A DNA stretch of 32,000 bases from Candidatus Nanosynbacter lyticus (GTDB taxonomy: Bacteria > Patescibacteriota > Saccharimonadia > Saccharimonadales > Saccharimonadaceae), in assembly GCF_000803625.1 (NCBI RefSeq), contig NZ_CP007496.1, positions 270,001 through 302,000 on the forward strand. The letters are read 5' to 3'. Every line of letters starts with the position of its first letter. Position 1 is the first letter of the stretch. Below the pieces are notes generated by a model. That model was not told the origin of the DNA, did no database searches, and saw only the letters and a list, made by a program, of their open reading frames with translations. Below, piece by piece: positions 15,425 through 24,697 of this stretch. The position numbers were made by a program, and so were the translations under genes.

Positions 15425-17739
15425 TGCGTGACTATCTGGATATTATTAAACGAAATTTGCTTTCTCCTATTGTCGTGGTTGTTTTTTTGCTTGCTGGTGC
15501 GCTGGTGTATGTGCGTGAGTATCGCGATGCTTGGTTTATTTCTGTGGTGATTGTCGTAAACTCGACAATTGGTATTGTCCAAGAACTTAGAGCTAAGCGA
15601 GTTTTGCGTCAATTAGAGCTGATGAGCGCACCGAAGGCTCGATTGTTGAGAGATGGAAACGTAGTTGAAGTGGACTATGATGATCTGAAGATTGACGATG
15701 AAATTCTTATTCAGGCCGGTGATGAGCTGCCGGCTGATGCGAAAGTTATTGAGTCAAAAGGCCTGGAATTGAATGAGAGTATGTTGACCGGAGAGTCGGC
15801 TTCGATTGAAAAGAAGAATGGCGATGTTGTATTGGCGGCGACAACTGTTTTGGCTGGTGAAGGTATGGCGCGAGTAATTGCTGTTGGCGACGACACGAAG
15901 GCTGGCGCTATTAGCCAAGTTCTGAAGCACTATAAGCCAGAATTAACACCTCTACAGCTAGCGATTTGGCGAGCAATATATTTCTTGACATATGGCGCAA
16001 TTATCTTATCTCTGTTAATTGCTATAGTCTATTATTTCTCCGGTGATAATGTAGTTATTATTTTAAAGACAATTACTTCAGCGGCGGTTACGGTTGTGCC
16101 AGAGGGTTTGTTATTGGCAAGCTCATTACTGCTGGCGTTTGGCTCATTACGGCTAGCTCAAGCAAAAGTCTTGCCACAGAAGTTGTCGGCAATTGAAGCG
16201 ATGGCGCTGCTGAATTTGCTGGCGGTGGATAAGACTGGCACTCTGACCAGCGATGAAGTGTCGCTGGAAAAGGTAGCGTCGTTTGGAGATGATTTTTCGA
16301 GCTCGGATGTGGCTAGCTTTGCGGCTTTGATTGCCCATGAAACTAGTGGCGGGAATATTACTGGCCGTGCTATTCTAGCAGAAGCTACCCCGCCAAAGGA
16401 TACGGAAATAGTTGATGTTATGGCGTTTTCGTCTGCGCGTAAAATGGCGGGCGTGAGAGCTAGGGTCAACGGTACGGTGCGAACCTTAATAATGGGTGCG
16501 CCGGAGTTTGTGTCGAAGTTGGCGCCTATTGATAAGGAGACTCGAAAGAAATTGAATGATTGGGCGGATAAAGGTCTGCGCGTATTGATGATGGCGGAAT
16601 TTGCGGACGAAAAAACCAAAATAAAAGATTTAAAAGAGGGCTCTGGTATGGCTATTGGCGCGGTTATTTTACGTAATTCCCTGCGTCATGGTGTAGTTGA
16701 GACGGTAGATTTTTTGCAGCGCCAAGGTGTAACTATCCGAGTAATTTCTGGTGACAATCCGCGCACGGTTCAATATATCGCACGTGAAGCTGGCATTAAG
16801 CATCCAGAAAAAGTGATTTTAGGGGCTGATTTGGCGAAGCTAAGTGATAACGAATTTAATGAAGCCGCTGACACTTATACAATTTTTGCCCGTGTTCTAC
16901 CCGATCAGAAAGAGCGTTTGATTGCCAGGTTTCAACAATCAGGCAAATTTACTGGCATGGTCGGCGATGGTGTTAATGACGCGCTGGCTCTGAAAAAGGC
17001 AGACCTCGGCGTGGCTATGTACGCTGGCGCCCCAGCCTCACGGCGGGTTTCTGATATTATTTTGCTTAACAATTCCTTCACTTCTCTACCTATGGGAATG
17101 AAGCTGGGCAATCAAATTATGCAGGCGATTGAAGTAATTGCTATCCTCTTTTTCCATAAAATTATTTACGGCGTGACACTTCTTCTTACGACAATTCTGA
17201 TCAATATGAACTATCCGTATTCACCGCGACATATTACGTTTATGAATATTTTTCTGGTGACTATGCCGACGCTTATGTGGACGCTTTTTCCTCCCATGCC
17301 GAAACATCGCATAAATCCTAAGCGTTTTTGGCGTGATACATTGCTGGCGGTATTGCCGATTGCACTACTAACTGGCTTAACGGTAGCCTTTACCTATTGG
17401 ATTATGTCCGTAGTCTTCCCTGGTCACGCCGCTGAAGTTGCAACTATGACGGTGTTGACGGCAACGTTCTTTGGTGTATATTTGGTATTTTTGGTTGGAA
17501 TTATGCTGGATGTCACTATCGATAAAGCCGCCAAGCGCGCCCGACTATTATACTTATTGTCGGTGGTTGTTGTGGCGGCAGGTAGCTTCGGCTTTGGTTT
17601 CTTGAGAGATTTCTTCGACTTTACGGTGCCTAATTTATTTATCATGTGGCCAGCGATTGGCGTGATTATTCTCGCGACGCTGACTCAACTATTTATCGCT
17701 CGACGTGTCGGACGAAGAATTTCCACTTCTGTCGGGTAA
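15424..17739 (+). CDS. Cation-transporting P-type ATPase (771 aa)
   Basis: Motifs TGES, the TM4 motif PEGL, the phosphorylation site DKTGTLT and the hinge GDGVNDALAL. I place the start at ATG 15424 (MRDYLDIIK...) rather than track start 15376, which overlaps the upstream gene. Confidence 0.9.
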   Translation: MRDYLDIIKRNLLSPIVVVVFLLAGALVYVREYRDAWFISVVIVVNSTIGIVQELRAKRVLRQLELMSAPKARLLRDGNVVEVDYDDLKIDDEILIQAGDELPADAKVIESKGLELNESMLTGESASIEKKNGDVVLAATTVLAGEGMARVIAVGDDTKAGAISQVLKHYKPELTPLQLAIWRAIYFLTYGAIILSLLIAIVYYFSGDNVVIILKTITSAAVTVVPEGLLLASSLLLAFGSLRLAQAKVLPQKLSAIEAMALLNLLAVDKTGTLTSDEVSLEKVASFGDDFSSSDVASFAALIAHETSGGNITGRAILAEATPPKDTEIVDVMAFSSARKMAGVRARVNGTVRTLIMGAPEFVSKLAPIDKETRKKLNDWADKGLRVLMMAEFADEKTKIKDLKEGSGMAIGAVILRNSLRHGVVETVDFLQRQGVTIRVISGDNPRTVQYIAREAGIKHPEKVILGADLAKLSDNEFNEAADTYTIFARVLPDQKERLIARFQQSGKFTGMVGDGVNDALALKKADLGVAMYAGAPASRRVSDIILLNNSFTSLPMGMKLGNQIMQAIEVIAILFFHKIIYGVTLLLTTILINMNYPYSPRHITFMNIFLVTMPTLMWTLFPPMPKHRINPKRFWRDTLLAVLPIALLTGLTVAFTYWIMSVVFPGHAAEVATMTVLTATFFGVYLVFLVGIMLDVTIDKAAKRARLLYLLSVVVVAAGSFGFGFLRDFFDFTVPNLFIMWPAIGVIILATLTQLFIARRVGRRISTSVG

Positions 17740-17862
17740 ACTATTTAATATAGCTTCTAGAGCCAAGTCTCTGACTGTCACTTCTCCTGGTACCTCTGGA
17801 TTTTCAATTTCTGGATTTATACATCCCGAACGTTCTCTTGTGGTTGGATTATCATAAAGCAT
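17689..17862 (-). CDS. Putative leaderless small ORF (57 aa), antisense to the ATPase 3' end
   Basis: ATG 17862 lies 6 nt after a consensus promoter. The product MLYDNPTTRERSGCINPEIENPEVPGEVTVRDLALEAILNSLPDRSGNSSSDTSSDK is below the ORF-track size cutoff. Coding status is uncertain. Confidence 0.25.
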   Translation of the reverse strand: MLYDNPTTRERSGCINPEIENPEVPGEVTVRDLALEAILNSLPDRSGNSSSDTSSDK

Positions 17863-17868
17863 GTTATT

Positions 17869-17897
17869 AATATACCAAATATTTTACATTTTGTCAA
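17869..17897 (-). promoter_or_regulatory. Near-consensus sigma70-type promoter
   Basis: TTGACA (17897-17892), 17-nt spacer, then TGG-TATATT (17874-17869). It lies between the methyltransferase stop and the ATPase stop and points into the ATPase 3' end. Confidence 0.55.
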
Positions 17898-17913
17898 TGC
17901 TATGTATTCTTAT

Positions 17914-19224
17914 TTACTTTTTATCAAGTACCACCAAATGCTCAATATGCGGCGTCCTCGGGAAGAAATTGTAGCCTTGATGATGTGTGATTTCGTATTT
18001 TTCCTGAAGTAGACTGACGTCTCGGGCTTGGGTGACGGGGTTGCAGCTGAGGTAAATAATTCGTGGTGGCGTAGTTTCCAGTAGTCTCCGAACGACATCT
18101 GCGTGCAGCCCGGCGCGTGGTGGATCGACGATGACGATTTGTTCGCCCGTTATATATTCCAGAGATTTTTCACTTGGCGCTAAAATCGCCTTGGCGTTTG
18201 CTCGGTTTAATTTGGTGATGTTTCTTTGCATTTCCGCGACGGCGTGTTCGTTAATTTCGACTAGTGTAATATCATCGCCGCCAATTGTCAGCCCGATTGT
18301 GCCAACTCCAGAGTAAAGGTCGAGGGTTGGTAAATTATTCTCATGGTCTATCCAGTCGCGCATGTCGCTTAGGGCTTTCTCGTAAACTGGAATATTAACT
18401 TGGAAAAATCCTTCACAGGCATAATTAAATGTGACGCCCAAAATTGTGTCGGTTAGTGTTGTGCCACCAAATTTATTCAGACGCTCAGTGACTCGGCTGG
18501 CTGGGCTTTTCGGGTCGGAATAGATTATCTCGCTGCCTTTGGCTGACAGTTGGGTTGCCTCTTCTTTGGAAATGAGGTCTGCGAGTCGGTCTTTTATGTA
18601 TAATTGCCAGACGGCGTTTCCTTGTTGGTCTGTGCGGATCAAGAGGGTTTTTAATTGTCGGGCGGTAACAGGTTTGGTTCGCAGGAGGTTGCGAATTTCA
18701 ATTGCCAATTTGTTGATATTTGGATGAGCCAGACTAGTCCCTTCGACAACGACTTTACCCTTGCTACCTCGCTTGAAAAATGCCAAATCTAAAGTTTCTC
18801 TCGTGCCGTTATCTGTCTTATCGCCAAACCAGCTAAACTCGACCTTATTGCGATAGTTAAATTCTACGCCGTCAGTAAATACGTCAATTTTCTCTGGTAA
18901 CATAACGCCATGAAGTCGGAAAGCTTCTTCGATTAAATTCGCTTTATATGTCTGTTCGCTGGAGAGCGGCATGATTTGCCAAGGGCTAGTACTGAGATAG
19001 CTATTCTCATCTCGCGGCATAATTCGCTCTGGACTTTTTTCAAGAACTTCTGTCACCACGCCTTCGACGAAGTGCGATTTTTTCTTAGTTATACGAATTT
19101 TCACCAATTCGCCTGGTAGCCCGCCCCAAACGAACGCCTTGCGCCCATCATTCATAGCACCAAGCGCCTGGCCGCCACCAACGATTTTCTCTAGTCTTAA
19201 AGTCTCAAAAATTTGTTTTCCCAT
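17914..19224 (-). CDS. RNA (uracil-5-)-methyltransferase, RlmD/RumA/TrmA family
   Basis: N-terminal TRAM-like domain, SAM-binding DLYSGVGTIGL, and C-terminal DPPRAGL plus YLSCNP (catalytic Cys) motifs. Confidence 0.85.
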   Translation of the reverse strand: MGKQIFETLRLEKIVGGGQALGAMNDGRKAFVWGGLPGELVKIRITKKKSHFVEGVVTEVLEKSPERIMPRDENSYLSTSPWQIMPLSSEQTYKANLIEEAFRLHGVMLPEKIDVFTDGVEFNYRNKVEFSWFGDKTDNGTRETLDLAFFKRGSKGKVVVEGTSLAHPNINKLAIEIRNLLRTKPVTARQLKTLLIRTDQQGNAVWQLYIKDRLADLISKEEATQLSAKGSEIIYSDPKSPASRVTERLNKFGGTTLTDTILGVTFNYACEGFFQVNIPVYEKALSDMRDWIDHENNLPTLDLYSGVGTIGLTIGGDDITLVEINEHAVAEMQRNITKLNRANAKAILAPSEKSLEYITGEQIVIVDPPRAGLHADVVRRLLETTPPRIIYLSCNPVTQARDVSLLQEKYEITHHQGYNFFPRTPHIEHLVVLDKK

Positions 19225-19297
19225 TAGAGTGTATTATACCAGGACTTGTGGATTTTTTCTGGCCAGCGTGTTATAATCATCATGGTCCTGGCTATAT

Positions 19298-19372
19298 TGG
19301 GACGTCGCCAAGTGGTAAGGCACTGGGTTTTGGTCCCAGCATTCGCAGGTTCGAATCCTGCCGTCCCAGCCA
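19298..19372 (+). tRNA. tRNA-Gln (anticodon UUG), CCA encoded
   Basis: Full cloverleaf: acceptor TGGGACG/CGTCCCA (U1:A72, G73), D arm GCC-AAGTGGTAA-GGC, anticodon arm CTGGG-TTTTGGT-CCCAG, T arm GCAGG-TTCGAAT-CCTGC. It is very close to the E. coli tRNA-Gln layout. TGT-TATAAT lies at 19269-19277. Confidence 0.95.
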
Positions 19373-19381
19373 AGAATTTTT

Positions 19382-19401
19382 GCACCTAAGGGGTGTTTTT
19401 T
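19382..19401 (+). terminator. Weak terminator after tRNA-Gln
   Basis: Short stem GCACC/GGGTGT (4 GC/AT pairs plus one G.U) followed by TTTTTT. Confidence 0.35.
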
Positions 19402-19406
19402 ATTTG

Positions 19407-19862
19407 TCATGTATCAATTCGCGTTATGTTTGCCAGGGCTTTATTGTAATACACAACATCGTCGCCTTCCTCTGGTGTTCGCGCTGTAAATCCTAGCTTC
19501 TCCCAGAATTTTTTAGCCCCATCATTGCTATTGAATACTAGCAATGCAACCTTATTAATGCCTTCTTCGCTTAAGGCCTTTAGTGCTGATTCGGCCAATT
19601 TTCGGCCAATTCCCTGTCTCTTATATTGCTCGGCGACCGCGGTATGATAAATATAGCCGCGCCTACCGTCGTGACCGGCTATAATCGCTCCGGCGATCTC
19701 TCTTTCTTCTGTTGCTACAAAACATGTTGTCGGGTTGCGGTCTAAGAATCTGCCAATTCCCTCTTCTGAATCATCCAGGTTATTTAGGCCCATGCCTGCG
19801 CTTGATGTCCAAAGTTCATAGACTCCAGGATAGTCGGTAATTGTCATTGGTCTGATTTCCAT
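19407..19862 (-). CDS. GNAT family N-acetyltransferase
   Basis: 151 aa with the acetyl-CoA binding motif QYKRQGIGRKL (Q/RxxGxG/A). The SD AGGAGGAGG lies upstream. Confidence 0.85.
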   Translation of the reverse strand: MEIRPMTITDYPGVYELWTSSAGMGLNNLDDSEEGIGRFLDRNPTTCFVATEEREIAGAIIAGHDGRRGYIYHTAVAEQYKRQGIGRKLAESALKALSEEGINKVALLVFNSNDGAKKFWEKLGFTARTPEEGDDVVYYNKALANITRIDT

Positions 19863-19886
19863 AATTGTCCTCCTCCTGAGGGAATA

Positions 19887-22403
19887 TTATAACACTCTGT
19901 CAGTTAATTTTTGTCTGGTCCACCACTTATGAATCTCACTGGTGGCAATTGGAATAATTAGCGAAGCTAGACCAATGGTAGTCATGTGGTGTGTGGCGAC
20001 TTTGTGGATGTGTAGTAGTTCACCGAGCGGCCCAAACAGTACCAGGGCTTGCAAAATTAACGACATTGCTATTCCAATGTAAAAGCTACGATTCATCACT
20101 TTTAGGCGTGTAAAGACAGAATCTTCATCACTCCGGGCGTTAAAAGCATTTGCCCATTGGCTAACTACCAGAGATATAAACGCCAACGTTTGCGCGTAAT
20201 CATGACCGTAATGCTTTTCGAAGAACACATATGTAATTAGTGCAATTGCTGCCATTGTGCCGGCAGCTACAGCCATTCGCCAAATCATAATCTTATCTAA
20301 AATTGGTGTGCCAGGACTTCTGGGTGGTTGTTTCATGACATTTTTCTCAGCTGGCTCCAGACCAAGCGGAATCACCATTGACGTGTCAGTCACCAAATTT
20401 ACCCATAAAATTTGCACTGGTTCCAGCGGCGTTTTAATGCCAATCAGCAGCGCGCCGATCATTGTAATCAGCTCGCCTGTATTGGTAGATAAAAGATAAA
20501 ATAACATCCGCTTGACATTGGCGATAATTGTCCGGCCTTCTCGCATGGCGTCGATAATTGTTTTGAAATTGTTGTCTAGCAGGATTATTGCTCCGGCGTC
20601 TTTTGCGATGTGTGACCCTGAGCCCATAGCAATCCCAACATCAGCACCAGACAGCGCTGGTACATCGTTAACACCATCTCCAGTCATGGCGGTAATATTG
20701 TGACGCTTTAATATGGTTAAAATCCGGTATTTTTGTTCTGGAATAACGCGCGAAAACACTTTTGTCCGTTCGATTATTGCGTCCAATTGGTCGTCAGTCA
20801 TCTTCGACATTTCTCGGCAATCAAAAACCTCTTCTCTGCCTTCAATCATACCAAGTTGTTTGCCAATTTGATATGCCGTTTCGAAGTGGTCGCCAGTGAT
20901 CATGCGTACCGAAACGCCTGCTGAAATTGCTGATTTTATAGCACGAGAAGCCTCTGGTCGCAAGACGTCGGCTACCGCCACAAGCCCTTTAAATTGCAAT
21001 TTCTGACGCGATATTTTAGAGAAGTCAGTCGGAATTTCTGCATCGTCGCTGATTGCCAGACCAACTACACGGTATCCCTTTGAGGTTAATTCGGTAATTG
21101 CTTGCTTGGCGCGTTTGGATTCTGTGGCTGGTAATTTGCAGCGCTTGATAATTTCTTCTGGGGCGCCCTTGTAATATATTTTATAGCTCGCTCCATTATG
21201 CCAAACGGCAGCTGACATCGAGAAGTCTTGATTAAATGGCAATTCTGCTGCTGGTAGCCCGCGGACGCCAGTACCATTTTTTCGAGCAAAATTGTCCAGT
21301 GCTATATCTAGCGGGTCGTGACTTTTGCTGTCGCCGCGATTAACAAAATACGCTATGGTTTTTGATAGATTATTACGCTTCTCTGGAGTCCAGATATCCT
21401 GGACAGTCAATAAATTTTTCGTTAGCGTGCCGGTTTTATCTGTAGCGATAGTGTTAATTACGCCAATGGTCTCAATTGCCCTCATTTGATGGACTAGCGC
21501 CTTTTTCTTGGCCATTCGGCGCATTCCCAGCACTAAAACTACGGAAATTGCAATTGGCAGACTTTCTGGCACGGCGCTTACGGATAGCGCAATCACAAAG
21601 CGTAAGCTGTCTAAAACATCCATGCCGCGCAGCAGGCTTAAACAAAACGCCACAGTCGCCACTGCACTAACGACAGCGATAATTTTGGTAATTAATTTAT
21701 CGATTTTCTGCTGGACTGGACTTTTGGCGATTTCTTTTTTTGACAGTGCGGCCAGATTACCAAACTCTGTTTGATTGCCAGTTGCTGTGACGACACCTGC
21801 TCCAGTGCCAGATACTATGAACGAACCTTGAAATAGCATATTGGTGCGCTCGTAAATCTGCTGCTCACCCTCTAATTTATCACTATTTTTGCCAATTGGG
21901 ATTGATTCGCCTGTCAGCTGAGACTCATTGATACGGAGGTTTGTGGCTTTAATTAGCCTAATGTCAGCTGGTACTTTTTCGCCTTCGGAAAGATTGACGA
22001 TATCACCGGGGACAAGCTTTGCGCTGTCAATAGAAATAATTTTTCCCGCTCTTAAAACGTCAACTTTTTGCGCATCATGGCGCGACAAGCTCCTGAGTAC
22101 TCGGTCGGTTGAGAAGCGCTGGACGTAAAAAATTACAGCAGAAATTATTAAGATGATTAGGATAATGACGGCATCAATTATTTCGCCATGAATGAGACTG
22201 ACTATTGTAGCCAAAATCAGTACTAGTGAAAAAATATCCATAAATGGTTCAATGATTTTTCGCCAAAGTGGTTCGGATTGGAGTTTAATAACGTTTTCTC
22301 CAAATTTTTTCTGGCGCTTTTTTACTTCACTCATCGCCAGTCCCTCTCGTCGCGAGCCTAATTTTTTCAATGTTTCATCAATTGATAAATTATAAAAAAG
22401 CAT
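19887..22403 (-). CDS. Cation-translocating P-type ATPase, type II-like (838 aa)
   Basis: N-terminal cation-ATPase-N-like segment (GL..SEVKKRQKKFGEN), TGES, the TM4 motif PESLP, DKTGTLT, TGDHFETA and TGDGVNDVPAL. TATAAT lies 6 nt upstream of the ATG. Confidence 0.92.
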   Translation of the reverse strand: MLFYNLSIDETLKKLGSRREGLAMSEVKKRQKKFGENVIKLQSEPLWRKIIEPFMDIFSLVLILATIVSLIHGEIIDAVIILIILIISAVIFYVQRFSTDRVLRSLSRHDAQKVDVLRAGKIISIDSAKLVPGDIVNLSEGEKVPADIRLIKATNLRINESQLTGESIPIGKNSDKLEGEQQIYERTNMLFQGSFIVSGTGAGVVTATGNQTEFGNLAALSKKEIAKSPVQQKIDKLITKIIAVVSAVATVAFCLSLLRGMDVLDSLRFVIALSVSAVPESLPIAISVVLVLGMRRMAKKKALVHQMRAIETIGVINTIATDKTGTLTKNLLTVQDIWTPEKRNNLSKTIAYFVNRGDSKSHDPLDIALDNFARKNGTGVRGLPAAELPFNQDFSMSAAVWHNGASYKIYYKGAPEEIIKRCKLPATESKRAKQAITELTSKGYRVVGLAISDDAEIPTDFSKISRQKLQFKGLVAVADVLRPEASRAIKSAISAGVSVRMITGDHFETAYQIGKQLGMIEGREEVFDCREMSKMTDDQLDAIIERTKVFSRVIPEQKYRILTILKRHNITAMTGDGVNDVPALSGADVGIAMGSGSHIAKDAGAIILLDNNFKTIIDAMREGRTIIANVKRMLFYLLSTNTGELITMIGALLIGIKTPLEPVQILWVNLVTDTSMVIPLGLEPAEKNVMKQPPRSPGTPILDKIMIWRMAVAAGTMAAIALITYVFFEKHYGHDYAQTLAFISLVVSQWANAFNARSDEDSVFTRLKVMNRSFYIGIAMSLILQALVLFGPLGELLHIHKVATHHMTTIGLASLIIPIATSEIHKWWTRQKLTDRVL

Positions 22404-22416
22404 AAGCTTATTATAT

Positions 22417-22446
22417 GAAAAAAAGCCCTCACCCGCCAGTGAGGAC
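22417..22446 (-). terminator. Intrinsic terminator after the greA-like gene
   Basis: The minus strand reads CCTCAC-TGGCGG-GTGAGG followed by GCTTTTTTT. Confidence 0.7.
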
Positions 22447-22472
22447 TAAACTGTTGTGGTGGACAATCCAAG

Positions 22473-22931
22473 TTAGCGAATATTAACTACCTGTAGTTGC
22501 CTGGTGGCTAAGCCGTTTTTCCAGGAAACGGTTTCGGACTTTTTATGGTTAAGCAGGCTCTTCCCTAATGGACTATCCACAGAAATCCTGCCGTCTAGTG
22601 GATTAGCTTCCAAGCTATTGACTAGTGTGTAGCGGAATATTTTTCCCTGTTGATCCATTAAATCCACCACTGAGCCAATAGCGATTCTCAGACGATCCCG
22701 TTTTCGCGGTAGAGGCTTAGCATGGCGTAAAATATCCTTCTTCGTGAAAATTTTTGATTGAATATTTTCTAGTTGTGTAATGACGTCGTTACGATGGAGC
22801 TTGTCGTCGCGGGACTTGGCGCGTCCTATTTCCTTTAGCTCGGCGATCAGCGACTTCTCTTCCATCTCCAAACGCGAGATTTCCTTATGCAGTTCCTTAA
22901 ATCCTTTTTTACTTAAAAATGTTGTACTCAT
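22473..22931 (-). CDS. GreA/GreB-family transcript cleavage factor-like protein
   Basis: N-terminal coiled coil (GFKELHKEISRLEMEEKSLIAELKE) and a C-terminal GreA-type domain (IAIGSVVDL...ISVDSPLGKSLL). I place the start at the internal ATG (MSTTFLS) because AGGGGA lies just upstream; the track start 22958 is a non-ATG codon. Confidence 0.8.
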   Translation of the reverse strand: MSTTFLSKKGFKELHKEISRLEMEEKSLIAELKEIGRAKSRDDKLHRNDVITQLENIQSKIFTKKDILRHAKPLPRKRDRLRIAIGSVVDLMDQQGKIFRYTLVNSLEANPLDGRISVDSPLGKSLLNHKKSETVSWKNGLATRQLQVVNIR

Positions 22932-23008
22932 ACTTCCCCTTTCAGACTGGCAATCCAACCAATCAATAATCCCATTACAACATCCAATTCTGAAAATTAG
23001 CTGAAAAT

Positions 23009-23959
23009 TTAAATAATAGGTAAAGAAATTGTAAAAATGGTTGAGGTTTTAGCGGTGCTTACGGATATTTGACCGCCTAAAGCCTTGGCTAATTGTTCGG
23101 CTAGTGGTAGTCCTAAGCCGTAGCCTTTTGTTTGTTGATTGCCGCGAAAAAATTGCTCGAACACGTGCGGCAGATTCTGCTGGGAAATTGCGCCGTCGTT
23201 AGTAAAATGCACGGTGATATTCTGTTTCGATGGCAGTACCTGGATTTTTACCGGCGAATTCTTCGGGCTGTGTTTTAATGCATTGTCAAGTAAAATCGCG
23301 CACAGCTCCCGCGTTGCGGCTTGGTGAAGAGAGATATTTGTGTGTTCCGGGCAATTCATTTCCGTGCGGGTTTCGGCTTTTCGTTCGCGGATGAGATTGG
23401 ATATCAATTCTGCCAAGTCGAAGCTTTTATCTTCCAGCGCCAGCCTGTTCTCTGTTCGCGACAATTCTAAAAGCATGGCGGTCAGCTCGGTCAATTTGTT
23501 AATTTCCTCCAAATTGCTTTCCAGCGTTTCCGTTAGTTCCGCCCGCGGCGTTTTCGGGTTTTTCAGCGCCAGTTCGGTCTCTGCTTTCATAATTGCCAGC
23601 GGCGTGCGCAGTTGATGACTGGCGTTGGAGACAAACCGCGACTGGGCTTTATGCGCCGCCTCAATCGGCCGCAGCGTAATCCTGGCCAATAAATACGAGC
23701 AAGCGCCGCCCGCCAGCAGCACGATGAGATTGATATAGCCCAAGCTAATCAGCAGATTGCGCGTCGAAATATCCATCCGTTCCGACAAATCAATGCTAGG
23801 AAAATCGTTGCCGCGCTGAATGATAATTTTATGGATTTGCGCGTCAACTTCCGAGCGCGCCACTTGAAAAATAATACTGCTAAACAGCAGGCTGACGATC
23901 ATTAAAATCAGTAAATACCAGCCCGCCAATTTAATAGTTGCCGAGGTAAAAATTTTCAT
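23009..23959 (-). CDS. Sensor histidine kinase (HisKA/HATPase_c)
   Basis: Two N-terminal TM helices, H-box FVSNASHQLRTPL, N-box LDNALKHSP and G-box GYGLGLPLA. It overlaps the response regulator gene by 4 nt. Confidence 0.9.
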   Translation of the reverse strand: MKIFTSATIKLAGWYLLILMIVSLLFSSIIFQVARSEVDAQIHKIIIQRGNDFPSIDLSERMDISTRNLLISLGYINLIVLLAGGACSYLLARITLRPIEAAHKAQSRFVSNASHQLRTPLAIMKAETELALKNPKTPRAELTETLESNLEEINKLTELTAMLLELSRTENRLALEDKSFDLAELISNLIRERKAETRTEMNCPEHTNISLHQAATRELCAILLDNALKHSPKNSPVKIQVLPSKQNITVHFTNDGAISQQNLPHVFEQFFRGNQQTKGYGLGLPLAEQLAKALGGQISVSTAKTSTIFTISLPII

Positions 23960-24624
23960 GCTTCAATCCGGTAACCGAAGCCGCGGACGGTTTTTATCAA
24001 TTGTTTTTTGAACGGCTTATCGATTTTTTGGCGCAAGTTTTTTATGTACGCCTCGACATTATTCGGTAAAATATCGGCATCAAAATCCCAAACATGGTCG
24101 ATTAGCATTTCCTTGCTGAGAATTTGGTTCGGGTGCTGCATCAAATATTCCAGCAACGCGTATTCTTTACTAGTCAAGTCGATAGTTTTTCCGGCGCGCA
24201 TCACGGTTTGCTGCTGCTTATCAATCGTCAAATCGGCAATTTTCAGAACATCCGGCCGCTGAATTGGCGGCCGGCGCAGTAAGGCTCGGACTCGCGCCAG
24301 CAGCTCGTCAATAGCGAACGGCTTAACCAAGTAATCATCCGCGCCCGCGTCCAGCCCGAAGGTTTTATCCTCGGTGGCACCCAGGGCTGTGAGAAATAAA
24401 ATCGGCATGCTTTTACCGTTTTTCCGCAGTTTTTTAACAATTTCCACACCCTCCATACCCGGCAGCATCCGGTCAACGATTAGTAAATCGTACGGCTGGC
24501 TGTCCGCCAAATTAAAGCCCTCTTCGCCGTCATTAGAGATATCAACGGCGTATTTTTCGCGCTTGAGAGATTCGGAAATCACCCTTGCTATTTTTCGTTC
24601 ATCCTCGATGACTAATAGTCTCAT
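23956..24624 (-). CDS. OmpR-family response regulator
   Basis: Receiver domain (DLLIVDRMLPGMEG with the phospho-Asp, plus a conserved K in YLVKPF) and a winged-helix output domain (LTSKEYALLEYL...VRGFGYRI). Confidence 0.93.
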   Translation of the reverse strand: MRLLVIEDERKIARVISESLKREKYAVDISNDGEEGFNLADSQPYDLLIVDRMLPGMEGVEIVKKLRKNGKSMPILFLTALGATEDKTFGLDAGADDYLVKPFAIDELLARVRALLRRPPIQRPDVLKIADLTIDKQQQTVMRAGKTIDLTSKEYALLEYLMQHPNQILSKEMLIDHVWDFDADILPNNVEAYIKNLRQKIDKPFKKQLIKTVRGFGYRIEA

Positions 24625-24644
24625 ACTGTATCTATTATACCCTT

Positions 24645-24673
24645 TTTACGTTTGTTAGGGATAGTGCTATAAT
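24645..24673 (+). promoter_or_regulatory. Putative promoter of the ABC exporter operon
   Basis: TTTACG (24645-24650), 17-nt spacer, then TGc-TATAAT (24668-24673). The SD AAGGAGG lies at 24688-24694. It sits back-to-back with the regulator's TATAAT box on the minus strand (24639-24634). Confidence 0.5.
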
Positions 24674-24697
24674 TTTATTCAAAAGAAAAGGAGGTAT

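Noticed and set aside
19248-19496. Track ORF 19248..19496 (+, 82 aa).
   Set aside because: It reads straight through the tRNA-Gln gene and its terminator, so it is spurious.
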